Below, piece after piece: positions 1-9,571 of a stretch of 64,000 nucleotides of DNA. Source of the stretch: Candidatus Levyibacteriota bacterium (lineage in GTDB: Bacteria > Patescibacteriota > Microgenomatia > Levybacterales > UBA12049); the NCBI GenBank assembly GCA_043807135.1, contig JAZDGF010000003.1, forward strand, positions 72,621-136,620, read 5' to 3'. Each line of letters starts with the position of its first letter. Positions within the stretch are counted from its first letter, which is position 1. The position numbers were made by a program, and so were the translations under genes. The notes below the pieces were generated by a model. The model had not been told where the DNA came from. It was given only the letters and a program-made list of their open reading frames with translations, and made no database searches.

Positions 1-130
1 CAACAACAGTCAAAACAGAAAAACCAATTTTATTTCCACCTTTTGTTTTTTTAGAGACCCTGTTAACCTGGACTATCTCTTCTTCAAAGTCTTTTACCTG
101 ATTTCCAAAAAATTGCATATCTTTTGCCAT
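1..130 (-). CDS. rpsE: 30S ribosomal protein S5, N-terminal part; gene continues past window edge
   Basis: Reverse translation from ATG at 128-130 gives MAKDMQFFGNQVKDFEEEIVQVNRVSKKTKGGNKIGFSVLTVV, an S5 N-terminal signature. The start overlaps the rplR stop as TAATG. Confidence 0.85.
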   Translation of the reverse strand, partial: MAKDMQFFGNQVKDFEEEIVQVNRVSKKTKGGNKIGFSVLTVV

Positions 131-483
131 TAGAATTCCAAACCTCCTTCTCTTGCACCTTCTGCAAAGGCTTTAACTCTTCCGTGATAAATATAACTTC
201 CTTTGTCAAAGACTACTGTTTTTATCTTTTTTCTTAAAGCTTTTTTTGCCAAAACTGCTCCTAATTTTTTTGCTTTTTCCGTCTTATTAATCTTTTCCTT
301 TTCAGATAATTCTTTTTCCGAAATCCCAACTATAGTTTCTCCTTTTTTATCATTAATTATCTGTGCATAAATATATTGATTTGATCTATAAACGGACAGT
401 CTTAATCTTATGTCATTTCCTTTTGTTTTAGATCTTGTTCTTATTTTTCTTTTTAATTTTATATTAGTATTATTTCTTTTCAT
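130..483 (-). CDS. rplR: 50S ribosomal protein L18
   Basis: The 117-aa basic protein ends ...YHGRVKAFAEGAREGGLEF and sits in L6-L18-S5 order. Confidence 0.9.
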   Translation of the reverse strand: MKRNNTNIKLKRKIRTRSKTKGNDIRLRLSVYRSNQYIYAQIINDKKGETIVGISEKELSEKEKINKTEKAKKLGAVLAKKALRKKIKTVVFDKGSYIYHGRVKAFAEGAREGGLEF

Positions 484-484
484 A

Positions 485-1039
485 TTATTTTACCGCACCT
501 ATTGTTTTTGCAGCTTTTCCTGCTTTTCTTCTTATTTTTTCTCCCTGATATTTAATCCCTTTTCCTTTATATGGCTCTGGCGGCTTAATAGATCTTATCT
601 TTGCAGCAGTATCGCCTACTAATATTTTATCTATTCCAGAAACAGTAATAACATTTTCAACAATTGTAAAAACTATTCCCTCAGGTGCTTTAAAATGAAC
701 CGGATGGGAAAATCCAAGCGAGAGAGTAAGAGAAGGTCCTGATACTTGAGCTCTAAATCCAACTCCAATAAGCTCTAATTTTTTCTCAAAACCAACTGAA
801 ACACCAATTATAATATTAGCAATTAAAGCTCTTGTTAAACCAAATAATGCTCTTGTTTCAGGATCATTTTCATTCTTCTGAGAAACAATTATTTTATTTG
901 CTTCTGTTTTTACTTCAATCCCTTTTGGTATTCTAACAGAAAGAGTTCCTTTTGGACCATTTGCTTTTAATTCATAATTTTCAATGCTTATGGTTACTCC
1001 TTCTTTTATTTCAACTGGTTTTTTACCTATTTTTGACAT
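485..1039 (-). CDS. rplF: 50S ribosomal protein L6
   Basis: The 184-aa protein has a two-domain L6 signature and sits in the spc-operon position. Confidence 0.9.
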   Translation of the reverse strand: MSKIGKKPVEIKEGVTISIENYELKANGPKGTLSVRIPKGIEVKTEANKIIVSQKNENDPETRALFGLTRALIANIIIGVSVGFEKKLELIGVGFRAQVSGPSLTLSLGFSHPVHFKAPEGIVFTIVENVITVSGIDKILVGDTAAKIRSIKPPEPYKGKGIKYQGEKIRRKAGKAAKTIGAVK

Positions 1040-1052
1040 AATTTATTTACTT

Positions 1053-1445
1053 TTACCAAATAGCAAAAAGTATTTCTCCTCCTATTCCTTTTTTCTTTGC
1101 TTCTTTTCCTATCATCACTCCCTGACTGGTTGAAACAATAGCAATTCTTCTTCCTCTTTTTTCAAGCTCTAAAATATCTTTTACAGAACCATAAACACGA
1201 AGAGACGGTTTTGAAATAATTTCAATACTTGTTAACGTCGGAATTCTTTTATGATATTTAATAACTGCTGTTAAGGTTTTTTTATTATCTGTTATTGAAT
1301 CTTTTATTTCTTCCAAAAACCCGTTCCTTACTAAAACTCTTCCTACTTCTTTATTTATTTTAGAATATGGCAAAACAACCTTTTTTCTTTTAGACAAGGC
1401 TGAATTTTTAATCCTAATAATAAAATCTGCTATTAAATAATTCAT
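1053..1445 (-). CDS. rpsH: 30S ribosomal protein S8
   Basis: The 130-aa S8-like sequence lies between S14 and L6. Confidence 0.9.
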   Translation of the reverse strand: MNYLIADFIIRIKNSALSKRKKVVLPYSKINKEVGRVLVRNGFLEEIKDSITDNKKTLTAVIKYHKRIPTLTSIEIISKPSLRVYGSVKDILELEKRGRRIAIVSTSQGVMIGKEAKKKGIGGEILFAIW

Positions 1446-1452
1446 ATAATTT

Positions 1453-1638
1453 CTACCAACTAGTTTTTACAACTCCTGGAAGCTCTCCTTTTGCAGCAAG
1501 TTCCCTAAAGCAAATCCTGCAAAGACCAAATTTCCTCATATATGCTCTTGATCTTCCACAAATATTACAACGGTTTTTTTCTCTAACGGTAAATTTTTGT
1601 TTTTTATTAAATTTTGCAATATCTGATTTTTTTGCCAT
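1453..1638 (-). CDS. rpsN: 30S ribosomal protein S14, short zinc-binding type Z
   Basis: The 61-aa protein carries CNICGRS...CRICFRE, a CxxC...CxxC zinc-ribbon S14. Confidence 0.9.
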   Translation of the reverse strand: MAKKSDIAKFNKKQKFTVREKNRCNICGRSRAYMRKFGLCRICFRELAAKGELPGVVKTSW

Positions 1639-1640
1639 AA

Positions 1641-2195
1641 TTAATCTTTCTTAAAAGGCATTCCTAAAGCCTTTAACAAGCTAAGTCCTTCTTTATTATC
1701 TTTTGCTGTTGTAACAATTGTTAATTCAAGTCCCTGTATTTTATCTACTCTTGCAGGGTCTATCTCTGGAAAAACAGTAGACTCTGCGAATCCTAAAGTA
1801 TAGTTTCCACGTTTATCAAAACTAGTTGTTTTGACTCCATGAAAATCTCTTAATCTAGGTAATACTACTGATGTTAATTTTTCAAAAAAATCATACATCC
1901 TTTTCCCTCTTAAAGTAGCTGAAAGTCCAATTTTATCTCCTTCTCTTAATTTAAAAGTTGAAATTGATTTTTTAGCTTTCATAATCTTTGGCCTCTGTCC
2001 AGCTATTTGAGCAAGAAAAACACTTGCTTTTTCAATATTTTTTTTATCAAGAAGTGCATCTTTAACTCCCATATTTATAACAATTTTAGAAAGCACTGGA
2101 ACAGCCATGGAATTTTTTACTCCAAGTTCTTTTTTTAAATCATTTGTTATTTCTTTTGTAAATCTTTGCTGTAAGTTCATAATTCTGCTTTGCAT
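1641..2195 (-). CDS. rplE: 50S ribosomal protein L5
   Basis: The 184-aa L5-like protein sits in the spc-operon position. Confidence 0.9.
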   Translation of the reverse strand: MQSRIMNLQQRFTKEITNDLKKELGVKNSMAVPVLSKIVINMGVKDALLDKKNIEKASVFLAQIAGQRPKIMKAKKSISTFKLREGDKIGLSATLRGKRMYDFFEKLTSVVLPRLRDFHGVKTTSFDKRGNYTLGFAESTVFPEIDPARVDKIQGLELTIVTTAKDNKEGLSLLKALGMPFKKD

Positions 2196-2506
2196 TTTCT
2201 ACAAATTCTTACTTTTTGGTTTTTTTCAATTTTGAAACCTACTCTTGTTTGCTTATGACATTTTGGACAAATAAGTGCAATATTTGCAATTGGTAACGGT
2301 TTTGTAATAGTTATTATTTCTGATTTCTGACCCTGAGCTTTTGCCTTAACATGCTTCTTATAGAGATTAAGTCCAGCAATTAAAACTTTTTTCTCTTTTT
2401 GTAAAACTTTTTCAATTTTTCCGGTCTTTCCTTTTTCTTTTCCGGCAACAACTTTTACATTGTCATTCTTTTTAATTTTTTTAATTTTTAAACTTGAATC
2501 TGTCAT
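2177..2506 (-). CDS. rplX: 50S ribosomal protein L24, with an embedded CxxC...CxxC pair
   Basis: A KOW motif (VKVVAGKEKGKTGKI) is present. The C-terminal [27 protein letters not shown] aligns around the conserved RVGF segment. Confidence 0.85.
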   Translation of the reverse strand: MTDSSLKIKKIKKNDNVKVVAGKEKGKTGKIEKVLQKEKKVLIAGLNLYKKHVKAKAQGQKSEIITITKPLPIANIALICPKCHKQTRVGFKIEKNQKVRICRKCKAEL

Positions 2507-2880
2507 TATATAACCTCTGATGCCATACTGGCAATCTTTGCAAAACCTCTTTCTTTAACTTCTCTTGCAATGGGACCAAAAATTCTGGTTCCAATTGGAT
2601 TCTTATCTTTTATGCTATCAATTAAAACTCCCGCGTTTTCAGAAAATCTTATATACGACCCATCTGCTCTTTTATATTCTTTTCTGCTTCTTACTAAAAC
2701 TACTTTTACCATTTCACTTGCTTTTACTTGCCCCGTAGGACTTGCTTCTTTGATAGTGCAATTAAAAATATCTCCAATTCGACCATATTTTCTTTTTGAT
2801 CCGCCGTAAACTTGAATTACCATTAAACGCTTTGCTCCTGAGTTATCTGCAACAGATATTATTGATCTATGCTGTAACAT
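2506..2880 (-). CDS. rplN: 50S ribosomal protein L14
   Basis: The 124-aa protein begins [17 protein letters not shown], a typical L14 N-terminus. Confidence 0.92.
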   Translation of the reverse strand: MLQHRSIISVADNSGAKRLMVIQVYGGSKRKYGRIGDIFNCTIKEASPTGQVKASEMVKVVLVRSRKEYKRADGSYIRFSENAGVLIDSIKDKNPIGTRIFGPIAREVKERGFAKIASMASEVI

Positions 2881-2881
2881 A

Positions 2882-3121
2882 TTATTTTATTACCTCCACA
2901 ACTTTAAATTTCTTATCTTTAGAAATAGGTTTAACTTCAACAATCTTAACTTTATCTCCAACCTTAAGACTTAAATCTCCTGTATCCGCTTTAAAATTTC
3001 TACTTCTTTTAAGAAGTTTTTTATAAAGTGGGTGAGGAGCTCTTCTCTCAATCTTTACAACCGCTGTTTTTTGCATTTTCAATGAGGTTATTATTCCATT
3101 AAAGCTTTTTTGCATTTTCAA
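2882..3121 (-). CDS. rpsQ: 30S ribosomal protein S17
   Basis: The 79-aa OB-fold S17-like protein sits in the operon position. Confidence 0.88.
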   Translation of the reverse strand: MKMQKSFNGIITSLKMQKTAVVKIERRAPHPLYKKLLKRSRNFKADTGDLSLKVGDKVKIVEVKPISKDKKFKVVEVIK

Positions 3122-3314
3122 ACTCCTTTCTTTTCATAATTGTCAGTATTCTTGCTATTTCTTTTCTCTTAAAAAAAATTGATCTGGTGTTTTTTAATTT
3201 ATTTTGAGTTTTTTCCATCTTAAGACTAAAAAGAGCATCTCTTGCTTCTTTAAGCATATTTTTTAACTCTTTTATATCTTTTGTAAATAAATCTTTTTTA
3301 TCTTTTGTTTTCAT
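3099..3314 (-). CDS. rpmC: 50S ribosomal protein L29
   Basis: The 71-aa helical protein lies between L16 and S17. Confidence 0.8.
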   Translation of the reverse strand: MKTKDKKDLFTKDIKELKNMLKEARDALFSLKMEKTQNKLKNTRSIFFKRKEIARILTIMKRKEFENAKKL

Positions 3315-3316
3315 AG

Positions 3317-3724
3317 TTAATCTTTAGCAACAATTTTTGTTTTTACTGGTAATTTATGAGAAGCAAGTCTTAGTGCTTCAAAAGCAACTTCCTTTGCAAC
3401 TCCGCTCATTTCAAAAATCATTCTTCCTGGTCTAACTGGAGCAACATATTCATGGATATCTCCCTTTCCTCCACCCATTCTTACTTCTGCCGGTTTTTTA
3501 GTAACTGGTTTGTCTGGAAAAATTCTTATCCAAACCCTTCCTCCTCTTTTGATGTAATGGGTAATTGCTCTCCTAGCCGCTTCAATCTGTCTTGACGTTA
3601 CCCAGCCAGTGGTTTCTGCAATTAGTCCATAATCACCAAAGGAAATATTCGTCCCTCTTTGAGCCACTCCTTTTAAAACACCTCTTTGCTGTTTCCTATA
3701 TTTTGATTTTTTTGGCATTAACAT
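3317..3724 (-). CDS. rplP: 50S ribosomal protein L16
   Basis: The 135-aa protein begins [15 protein letters not shown] and contains RMGGGKG, an L16 signature. Confidence 0.92.
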   Translation of the reverse strand: MLMPKKSKYRKQQRGVLKGVAQRGTNISFGDYGLIAETTGWVTSRQIEAARRAITHYIKRGGRVWIRIFPDKPVTKKPAEVRMGGGKGDIHEYVAPVRPGRMIFEMSGVAKEVAFEALRLASHKLPVKTKIVAKD

Positions 3725-3725
3725 A

Positions 3726-4373
3726 TTATTTCTCCTCCGGTTTATTAATCCACACTTTTATACCTATGTATCCTTTTTTAGTCAAAGATGGAACGCTTGC
3801 AAAAGTTATATGTTCTCTAATTGTTGATAAAGGAACTTTTCCTTTCTGCAATTTTTCAACTCTTCCAATTTCTGCACCACCAATTCTCCCAGATAGCACA
3901 ATTCTTACTCCTTTTGCTCCCGAATTCATAACTCTTTCTACCGTTTGTGCCATAACTCTTCTGTGTGGAAATCTTCTAATTAATTGGTCTGAAATGTTTT
4001 TTGCAACTAGATATGCATTCAAATTAGGCTCTTTAATAGGCTCTACTCTAATATCAATTTTTCTAACATTTCTTTCCTCTTTTTTAATTTTTAAGATTTT
4101 ATATAATAACTCTTTAAGGTCTTCTAACCCTGAACCTGCTCTTCCAATAACCATACCCGGTCTTGAAACATAAGCAATAATTTTAATGCTATTAATAGAT
4201 CTTTCAATTTCAACAGAAGCAATTCCTGCATTTTTAAGCTTCTCCATTAAGGTTTTTCTTAATTTATAATCCTCAAGCAGAGTTTCCTTGTACTGCCTGT
4301 CTTCATACCATCTACTACTCCAGTTATATATCGGTCCTAATCTTAATAAAATTGGATTAACTTTTTGTCCCAT
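3726..4373 (-). CDS. rpsC: 30S ribosomal protein S3
   Basis: The 215-aa protein begins MGQKVNPI and has S3 KH and C-terminal domains. Confidence 0.92.
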   Translation of the reverse strand: MGQKVNPILLRLGPIYNWSSRWYEDRQYKETLLEDYKLRKTLMEKLKNAGIASVEIERSINSIKIIAYVSRPGMVIGRAGSGLEDLKELLYKILKIKKEERNVRKIDIRVEPIKEPNLNAYLVAKNISDQLIRRFPHRRVMAQTVERVMNSGAKGVRIVLSGRIGGAEIGRVEKLQKGKVPLSTIREHITFASVPSLTKKGYIGIKVWINKPEEK

Positions 4374-4785
4374 CTTCTTTTACCTCCTTTACTTCCTCTT
4401 TTTCTTCTTTGTTTAATTTTTTCTCAATTTCTTTTTTTACTTCTTTTGCTTCTTCCTTAACTCCTAAAACTATTCTTATATGACTGCTTCTTTTTTTAAA
4501 AGGGTGAACCCTTCCTCTTGTTGAAGCATGAAATCTTTTAAAAGCCGGTCCCTCAACAACATCAATTGCTTTTATAAAAAGCGTATCTTGTGAATGTTTT
4601 GCATTATTTACTGCATTTGCAACAGCACTCTTTAAAGTTTTCAAAAGGGGATATGCCCCTCTTTTTTTAATAACTTCAAGGTTTTTAATTGCATCATTAA
4701 TTGACATTTTCTTAACTGCTTCTGCAATAAGCCTAACTTTTCTAGGACTAACTCTAACTGATTTTGTTTTTGATATAACTTCCAT
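4357..4785 (-). CDS. rplV: 50S ribosomal protein L22 with a Lys/Glu-rich C-terminal tail
   Basis: The 142-aa protein has an L22 core plus a [25 protein letters not shown] tail. Confidence 0.88.
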   Translation of the reverse strand: MEVISKTKSVRVSPRKVRLIAEAVKKMSINDAIKNLEVIKKRGAYPLLKTLKSAVANAVNNAKHSQDTLFIKAIDVVEGPAFKRFHASTRGRVHPFKKRSSHIRIVLGVKEEAKEVKKEIEKKLNKEEKEEVKEVKEDGTKS

Positions 4786-4787
4786 AA

Positions 4788-5072
4788 TTATGTTTTTGAT
4801 ATTTCTCTTGCAACAACTCTTCCATGTGTTCTAAATAATCTTGTTGGAGCAAATTCTCCTAATTTATGTCCAACCATTCCTTCCGCAATAAAAACGTTAA
4901 TAAAGTTTTTCCCGTTATGAATTGACAAGGTATGCCCAACAAACTCTGGAGTAATTGCACTTGCTCTTGCCCAAGTCTTAATTGGATCCTTATTTCCTGT
5001 TTGTTTTTGTCTTAATACTTTCTTAAATAATTTTTGGTCTATATATGGACCCTTTTTTAACGATCTACTCAT
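4788..5072 (-). CDS. rpsS: 30S ribosomal protein S19
   Basis: The 94-aa protein begins [12 protein letters not shown] and contains [11 protein letters not shown], an S19 signature. Confidence 0.92.
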   Translation of the reverse strand: MSRSLKKGPYIDQKLFKKVLRQKQTGNKDPIKTWARASAITPEFVGHTLSIHNGKNFINVFIAEGMVGHKLGEFAPTRLFRTHGRVVAREISKT

Positions 5073-5812
5073 TTCTTTCTCCTTTGAATAATATATTTAT
5101 TTGAATGTTTATTCTTTTTTCTGGTATTCCCAACAGCCGGTCTTCCAGCATAGGTTTTAGGTGTCGACATGCCTATTCCAGATCTTCCTTCTCCTCCTCC
5201 GTGAGGATGCGTCCTTGGGTTTTGAGCAACTCCTCTAACAGTTGGTCTTATTCCCATATGTCTTTTTCTACCAGCTTTTCCAATTACTTCATTTTTCCAT
5301 TCTACGTTTCCAACATTTCCAATACTTGCATACCCCTTAATTCTTACTTTTCTAACTTCTCCTGAAGGAAGTTTTAAGTGAACATACTCGCCTTCTTTTG
5401 CCTGAACAGTTGCTGCTGTTCCACTTCCTCTAGCAAGCTGTCCGCCTCTTCCAGGAGTAAGCTCAACATTATGCACAATTGTTCCGACTGGAATTGCTGA
5501 AAGCGGAAGAGCGTTCCCTGTTTTAACTTCTGCGTTTACACCAGAAACAACTTCATCATTAAGTTTTAAAGCTTCGGGACAAAGAATATATCTCTTGTCT
5601 CCGTCTGTGTATTGTATCAAAGCTATGTCACAAGTTCTATTAGGATCATATTCAATGGCGACAACTTTACCTACGACATTAAATTTGTTGCGTTTAAAAT
5701 CAATTGTTCTATAGAATCTTTTATGCTGTCCACCTTGATGCCTAACAACAACTTTTCCGCTTACGTCTCTTCCTGTTCTCTTTTTTTTAATAACCTTTAA
5801 TCTTTTAACCAT
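5069..5812 (-). CDS. rplB: 50S ribosomal protein L2
   Basis: The 247-aa L2 signature is present (..GRN..GKIT.RHRGGGHKR..). Confidence 0.92.
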   Translation of the reverse strand: MVKRLKVIKKKRTGRDVSGKVVVRHQGGQHKRFYRTIDFKRNKFNVVGKVVAIEYDPNRTCDIALIQYTDGDKRYILCPEALKLNDEVVSGVNAEVKTGNALPLSAIPVGTIVHNVELTPGRGGQLARGSGTAATVQAKEGEYVHLKLPSGEVRKVRIKGYASIGNVGNVEWKNEVIGKAGRKRHMGIRPTVRGVAQNPRTHPHGGGEGRSGIGMSTPKTYAGRPAVGNTRKKNKHSNKYIIQRRKK

Positions 5813-6099
5813 TATTTTCCCCCTAATTCAAATAAACTAATTTTCTGACCTTGTTTTAGTAGCACAATTGCCTTTTTATAATTTGATGTTTTTCTCTCCA
5901 TTCTTTTTGAACCTGATCTCTTAGTTTTTCCTTTAACAACAACTATTAAGACACGTACAACATTTACGCTAAATCTTTTCTCAACTTCCTTTTTAATTTT
6001 CACCTTGCTTGCTCCTTGAGACACTCTAAACGTAAATTTGTCTTTTGCTGCAAAACTCATTGATTTCTCAGTAATAATTGGCGAAATAATAATATGCAT
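5812..6099 (-). CDS. rplW: 50S ribosomal protein L23
   Basis: The 95-aa L23-like protein sits in the operon position. Confidence 0.85.
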   Translation of the reverse strand: MHIIISPIITEKSMSFAAKDKFTFRVSQGASKVKIKKEVEKRFSVNVVRVLIVVVKGKTKRSGSKRMERKTSNYKKAIVLLKQGQKISLFELGGK

Positions 6100-6803
6100 T
6101 AATTTATTTTCTCCTTTAAAAAAGTTTTTTCTAAAACTTCAATTGAAGCTTTCATGAAAAGTACTGTTTTACAATTTAAAACTTCATATGTATTTAACAT
6201 TTTTGCGCTTAAAATAGTTACACCTTTTAAATTTCTTCCTGATTTAAATATATTTTCATAACCATTAATTGTATCCGGTGTAACCAATAAAATTTTTCTG
6301 TTTTTCTCTTCAAACTTAAGGTTTTTAATTACATCTGCCATTTTTTTTGTTTTTGTTTCGATTTTTTCAAGGCCTGTCAAAACCATTATTTTTCCTTCTT
6401 GTTTTTTAACTGTAAGCGAAGAAAATAAAGCTGCTTTTTTCATTTTCTTTGGCATTTTCATTGAATAATCTCTTGGTCTTGGTCCAAAAACAACTCCTCC
6501 TCCAACCCAGATTGGAGCAGATTTTGCACCATGTCTTGCTCTTCCTGTTCCCTTTTGTCTCCAAGCCTTATGAGTAGTTGCATTTATTTCTCCTCTGGTT
6601 TTTGTAGAATGGGTTCCTTTTCTTTGATTTGCAAGATATACTCTTACGGCTTGCGCCAAGAGTGTTTTGTTTACTTTTGTATCAAAAATCTCTTTAGGAA
6701 GATTTATTTTTTCTATAATTTTTCCTTTTAGATCATATACGTCCATTTTCAAACCAGTTGTTTTTTTAACTTCTTTTTTAACTATAGTTTTTACTTTAGG
6801 CAT
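6099..6803 (-). CDS. rplD: 50S ribosomal protein L4
   Basis: The 234-aa L4-like protein lies between L3 and L23. Confidence 0.88.
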   Translation of the reverse strand: MPKVKTIVKKEVKKTTGLKMDVYDLKGKIIEKINLPKEIFDTKVNKTLLAQAVRVYLANQRKGTHSTKTRGEINATTHKAWRQKGTGRARHGAKSAPIWVGGGVVFGPRPRDYSMKMPKKMKKAALFSSLTVKKQEGKIMVLTGLEKIETKTKKMADVIKNLKFEEKNRKILLVTPDTINGYENIFKSGRNLKGVTILSAKMLNTYEVLNCKTVLFMKASIEVLEKTFLKEKIN

Positions 6804-7593
6804 TTTCCTCCTTCACTTCTTCTTTTTTTTCTTTAACCTCTTCTTTTATTTCTGCTACTTCTTTAACTTGTGTTTTTTCTTCAGTATCTTTTGGTTTTTC
6901 AACACTTACTTCTGTTTTTACTTCTTCTTCAGCAATTTCTCTATATAATGGGACAAAGTTTTTGTTTTTACCCACCTTTTTAATCATAAGTAATGATTTT
7001 TTTACGCCTGGAACAAGTCCTCTAAGTAAAATTGTTCCGTCTTCTTTTATTTCAATTACTTCTAAATTTTTAACGGTTACTTGCTCATGTCCCATGCGCC
7101 CTGCCATTTTTTTACCTTTATACACTCTCCCTGGTGTAGTTGTTTGACCAATAGATCCGGGAGCTCTCTCCCTATCAGATTGACCGTGGGTTCTTGGACC
7201 ACCTTTAAAGTGGTATCTCTTAACTACTCCTGCAAATCCTTTTCCTTTAGAAATTCCAACCACATCAACTATGTCTCCTGGTTCAAGCAATTCCGAAACA
7301 TTAATTTCATAACCAGGTTCAATTTCCGGAATATCCGTAAGTCTAATTTCTCTAAAAAAACGGGGTGTTTCTTTTAACCCCGCTTTATCACTGTGCCCTT
7401 TTAATGGCTTGTTTGTTTTTTTCTTTGTTCCAAATCCAAGCTGAATTGCATTGTATCCGTCTTTTTCTGCTGTTTTTACTTGAGATACTCTATTTCCTAA
7501 AGAAGTTACGACAGTAAGCGGAATCCTTTTCCCATCTTCTAAAAAACCTTGTGTCTGATAATCTTTCTTGCCAATAAATCCAGTTATATTCAT
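6796..7593 (-). CDS. rplC: 50S ribosomal protein L3 with a Lys/Glu-rich C-terminal tail
   Basis: The 265-aa protein has an L3 core (GKGFAGVVKRYHFKGGPRTHGQS) plus an [28 protein letters not shown] tail. Confidence 0.9.
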   Translation of the reverse strand: MNITGFIGKKDYQTQGFLEDGKRIPLTVVTSLGNRVSQVKTAEKDGYNAIQLGFGTKKKTNKPLKGHSDKAGLKETPRFFREIRLTDIPEIEPGYEINVSELLEPGDIVDVVGISKGKGFAGVVKRYHFKGGPRTHGQSDRERAPGSIGQTTTPGRVYKGKKMAGRMGHEQVTVKNLEVIEIKEDGTILLRGLVPGVKKSLLMIKKVGKNKNFVPLYREIAEEEVKTEVSVEKPKDTEEKTQVKEVAEIKEEVKEKKEEVKEENA

Positions 7594-7618
7594 ATCTATT
7601 CCAGGGATGGTTCAAACA

Positions 7619-7644
7619 ACAAAAAAAGCGGCTCCCTAAGCCGC
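7619..7644 (-). terminator. Intrinsic terminator/attenuator hairpin GCGGCU-UAGGG-AGCCGC followed by U7, about 25 nt upstream of the rplC ATG
   Basis: Plus strand 7628-7644 reads gcggctccctaagccgc, a 6-bp GC stem, preceded by A7 at 7621-7627. On the minus strand this is a hairpin followed by UUUUUUU. Confidence 0.6.
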
Positions 7645-7720
7645 ATCTTCTTTCGAAGCTAAAGCTATACTCAGGTAGTCAATCTCACATTTTTTATTAT
7701 AACCATGTAAAACTGGGATT

Positions 7721-7749
7721 ATTATATATGGAAACGGGGCTAAATGCAA
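7721..7749 (-). promoter_or_regulatory. Sigma70-like promoter TTGCAT-17nt-TATAAT inside the rpsJ-rplC intergenic region
   Basis: Minus strand reads TTGCATttagccccgtttccataTATAAT. The -35 element is at plus 7744-7749 and the -10 at 7721-7726, with a 17-nt spacer. Confidence 0.45.
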
Positions 7750-7833
7750 GTAATTTAAAACTAAAATTTAAAAAATATAATTTTAATTTCTTATTTTTTT
7801 TGGCAGGAATTGGTTTACTTATGCACTCCTTCA

Positions 7834-8142
7834 TTAGGTTCTTATCTCAATATTCACGCCTGCGGGAAGTTCCAGATGAGTTAAGCTATCAATGGTTTTT
7901 TCAGTAGGAGACATAATATCAATTAATCTTTTGTGTGTTTTTATCTGAAAATGATCTCTTGCGTTTTTATCTATAAAAGGGGACCTGTTTACCGCATAGA
8001 CTGTTCTTTTGCTTGGAAGAGGTATTGGACCCACGACTTTGGCACCGGTCCTAATGGCCGTATCTAATATCTGTTGACACGTAGAGTCAATTACTCTAGC
8101 ATCGTAGCTTTTTAAACGTACTCTTATTCTTCCTTTTGGCAT
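7834..8142 (-). CDS. rpsJ: 30S ribosomal protein S10
   Basis: The 102-aa protein begins MPKGRIRVRLKSYDARVID, an S10 signature. Confidence 0.93.
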   Translation of the reverse strand: MPKGRIRVRLKSYDARVIDSTCQQILDTAIRTGAKVVGPIPLPSKRTVYAVNRSPFIDKNARDHFQIKTHKRLIDIMSPTEKTIDSLTHLELPAGVNIEIRT

Positions 8143-8159
8143 TGTAGCAAATTGCGGAA

Positions 8160-9341
8160 TTAAGCAATTATTTTAGTAATTGCTCCTGCTCCAACTGTTT
8201 TTCCACCCTCTCGGATAGCAAATCTTAGTCCTTCCTCTAGGGCAATTGGGGAAATAAGCTTTGCAGTGATCTTGGTATTGTCTCCTGGCATTACCATTTC
8301 TACTCCTTTTGGTAATGTAGCTTCTCCTGTAACATCGGTTGTTCTGATGTAAAATTGTGGCCTATAGCCATTAAAAAATGGTGTATGCCTTCCGCCTTCT
8401 TCTTTTGTAAGTACATAAATCTCTGCTTCAAACTCTTTATGAGGAGTGATAGATCCCGGTTTTGCAATAACCTGACCACGCTCAACATCATCTTTTTCAA
8501 TTCCGCGAAGTAGAAGTCCAACATTATCTCCTGCTTGACCATCATCAAGTTGCTTTCTAAACATTTCAACGCCTGTTACTACAGTTGACTTAGTATCTCT
8601 AATTCCAACAATTTCTACTGTTTCGTTTACCTTAACCTTTCCTCTCTCAATTCTTCCTGTAACAACTGTTCCTCTTCCTTTAATAGAAAAAACATCTTCA
8701 ACAGGCATAAGGAATGGTTTATCAACTTCTCTTTTGGGTGTAGGAATATATTCATCAACCTTATCCATTAAGTCTAGTATTGATTTTTCTGCATCCGCAT
8801 CGCCTTCCAAGGCTTTAAGAGCTGATCCTCTAATAATTGACACTTTGTCTCCTGGATACTTATATTTTGTAAGAAGTTCTCTTACTTCCATTTCAACTAA
8901 GTCCAATAGTTCTTCATCTTGAACCATGTCACATTTATTAAGGAAAACTACGATTGCAGGAACTCCAACTTGATAAGCTAAGAGAATGTGTTCTCTTGTT
9001 TGAGGCATTGGGCCGTCTGGAGCAGAAACTACTAAAATAGCTCCGTCCATTTGAGCGGCACCGGTAATCATATTTTTTATGTAATCTGCGTGTCCTGGAG
9101 CATCAATATGGGCATAGTGTCTTTTTTCTGTTTCATATTCAATGTGAGAAATATTAATCGTTACTCCTCTTGCTTTTTCTTCAGGAGCATTATCAATATC
9201 TTCATATTTCATTGCTTTTCCTGAGCCTTTTTTGGATAAAATAGTAGCAATAGCTGCGGTTAGCGTGGTTTTACCATGATCTACGTGGCCAATGGTTCCG
9301 ATATTTACGTGTGGTTTTGTTCTCTGAAATGTATCTGCCAT
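8160..9341 (-). CDS. tuf: Elongation factor Tu
   Basis: The 393-aa protein carries [18 protein letters not shown] and NKCD G-motifs, and EF-Tu domains 2 and 3. Confidence 0.97.
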   Translation of the reverse strand: MADTFQRTKPHVNIGTIGHVDHGKTTLTAAIATILSKKGSGKAMKYEDIDNAPEEKARGVTINISHIEYETEKRHYAHIDAPGHADYIKNMITGAAQMDGAILVVSAPDGPMPQTREHILLAYQVGVPAIVVFLNKCDMVQDEELLDLVEMEVRELLTKYKYPGDKVSIIRGSALKALEGDADAEKSILDLMDKVDEYIPTPKREVDKPFLMPVEDVFSIKGRGTVVTGRIERGKVKVNETVEIVGIRDTKSTVVTGVEMFRKQLDDGQAGDNVGLLLRGIEKDDVERGQVIAKPGSITPHKEFEAEIYVLTKEEGGRHTPFFNGYRPQFYIRTTDVTGEATLPKGVEMVMPGDNTKITAKLISPIALEEGLRFAIREGGKTVGAGAITKIIA

Positions 9342-9349
9342 ATTTGATC

Positions 9350-9381
9350 AAAAAAAATAACCTCTTTATTCTCTAAAGGTT
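9350..9381 (-). promoter_or_regulatory. Leader stem-loop (7 bp) plus U8 ending 8 nt before the tuf ATG
   Basis: Minus strand reads AACCUUU-agagaauaa-AGAGGUU-a-UUUUUUUU-gaucaaau-AUG. Plus-strand arms lie at 9359-9365 and 9375-9381, with A8 at 9350-9357. Confidence 0.45.
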
Positions 9382-9387
9382 AAAGAT

Positions 9388-9416
9388 AATATACAATATT
9401 TTTCAAAATTCGTCAA
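9388..9416 (-). promoter_or_regulatory. Sigma70-like promoter TTGACG-17nt-TATATT upstream of tuf
   Basis: Minus strand reads TTGACGaattttgaaaaatattgTATATT. The -10 is about 7 nt before the leader stem-loop. Confidence 0.4.
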
Positions 9417-9424
9417 GAGGGAAG

Positions 9425-9541
9425 TTAATATCTATTAGACAAAATAAACAATAAAATAGCTATAGCAATTCCAAAACTTACAATGCTAAATCCGATTGTA
9501 AGCCATTTAAAAAAATGATAATAATTAAACTTTTTTTCCAT
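9425..9541 (-). CDS. Possible 38-aa hydrophobic small protein; not in the ORF track because it is under 60 aa
   Basis: ATG...TAA encodes MEKKFNYYHFFKWLTIGFSIVSFGIAIAILLFILSNRY, with one predicted TM helix. Confidence 0.25.
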   Translation of the reverse strand: MEKKFNYYHFFKWLTIGFSIVSFGIAIAILLFILSNRY

Positions 9542-9571
9542 AGTTTAATATTCTTGAATTATATCTAAAGA

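Noticed and set aside
410-7377. Plus-strand ORFs of 60-193 aa overlapping the ribosomal protein genes (410-622, 2570-2809, 2796-3026, 3592-4173, 5105-5365, 5612-5800, 6531-6731, 6667-6948, 6962-7147, 7081-7377)
   Set aside because: All are antisense to strongly supported r-protein genes. Their F/S/L-rich low-complexity products are what antisense frames of K/E-rich AT-rich coding produce.
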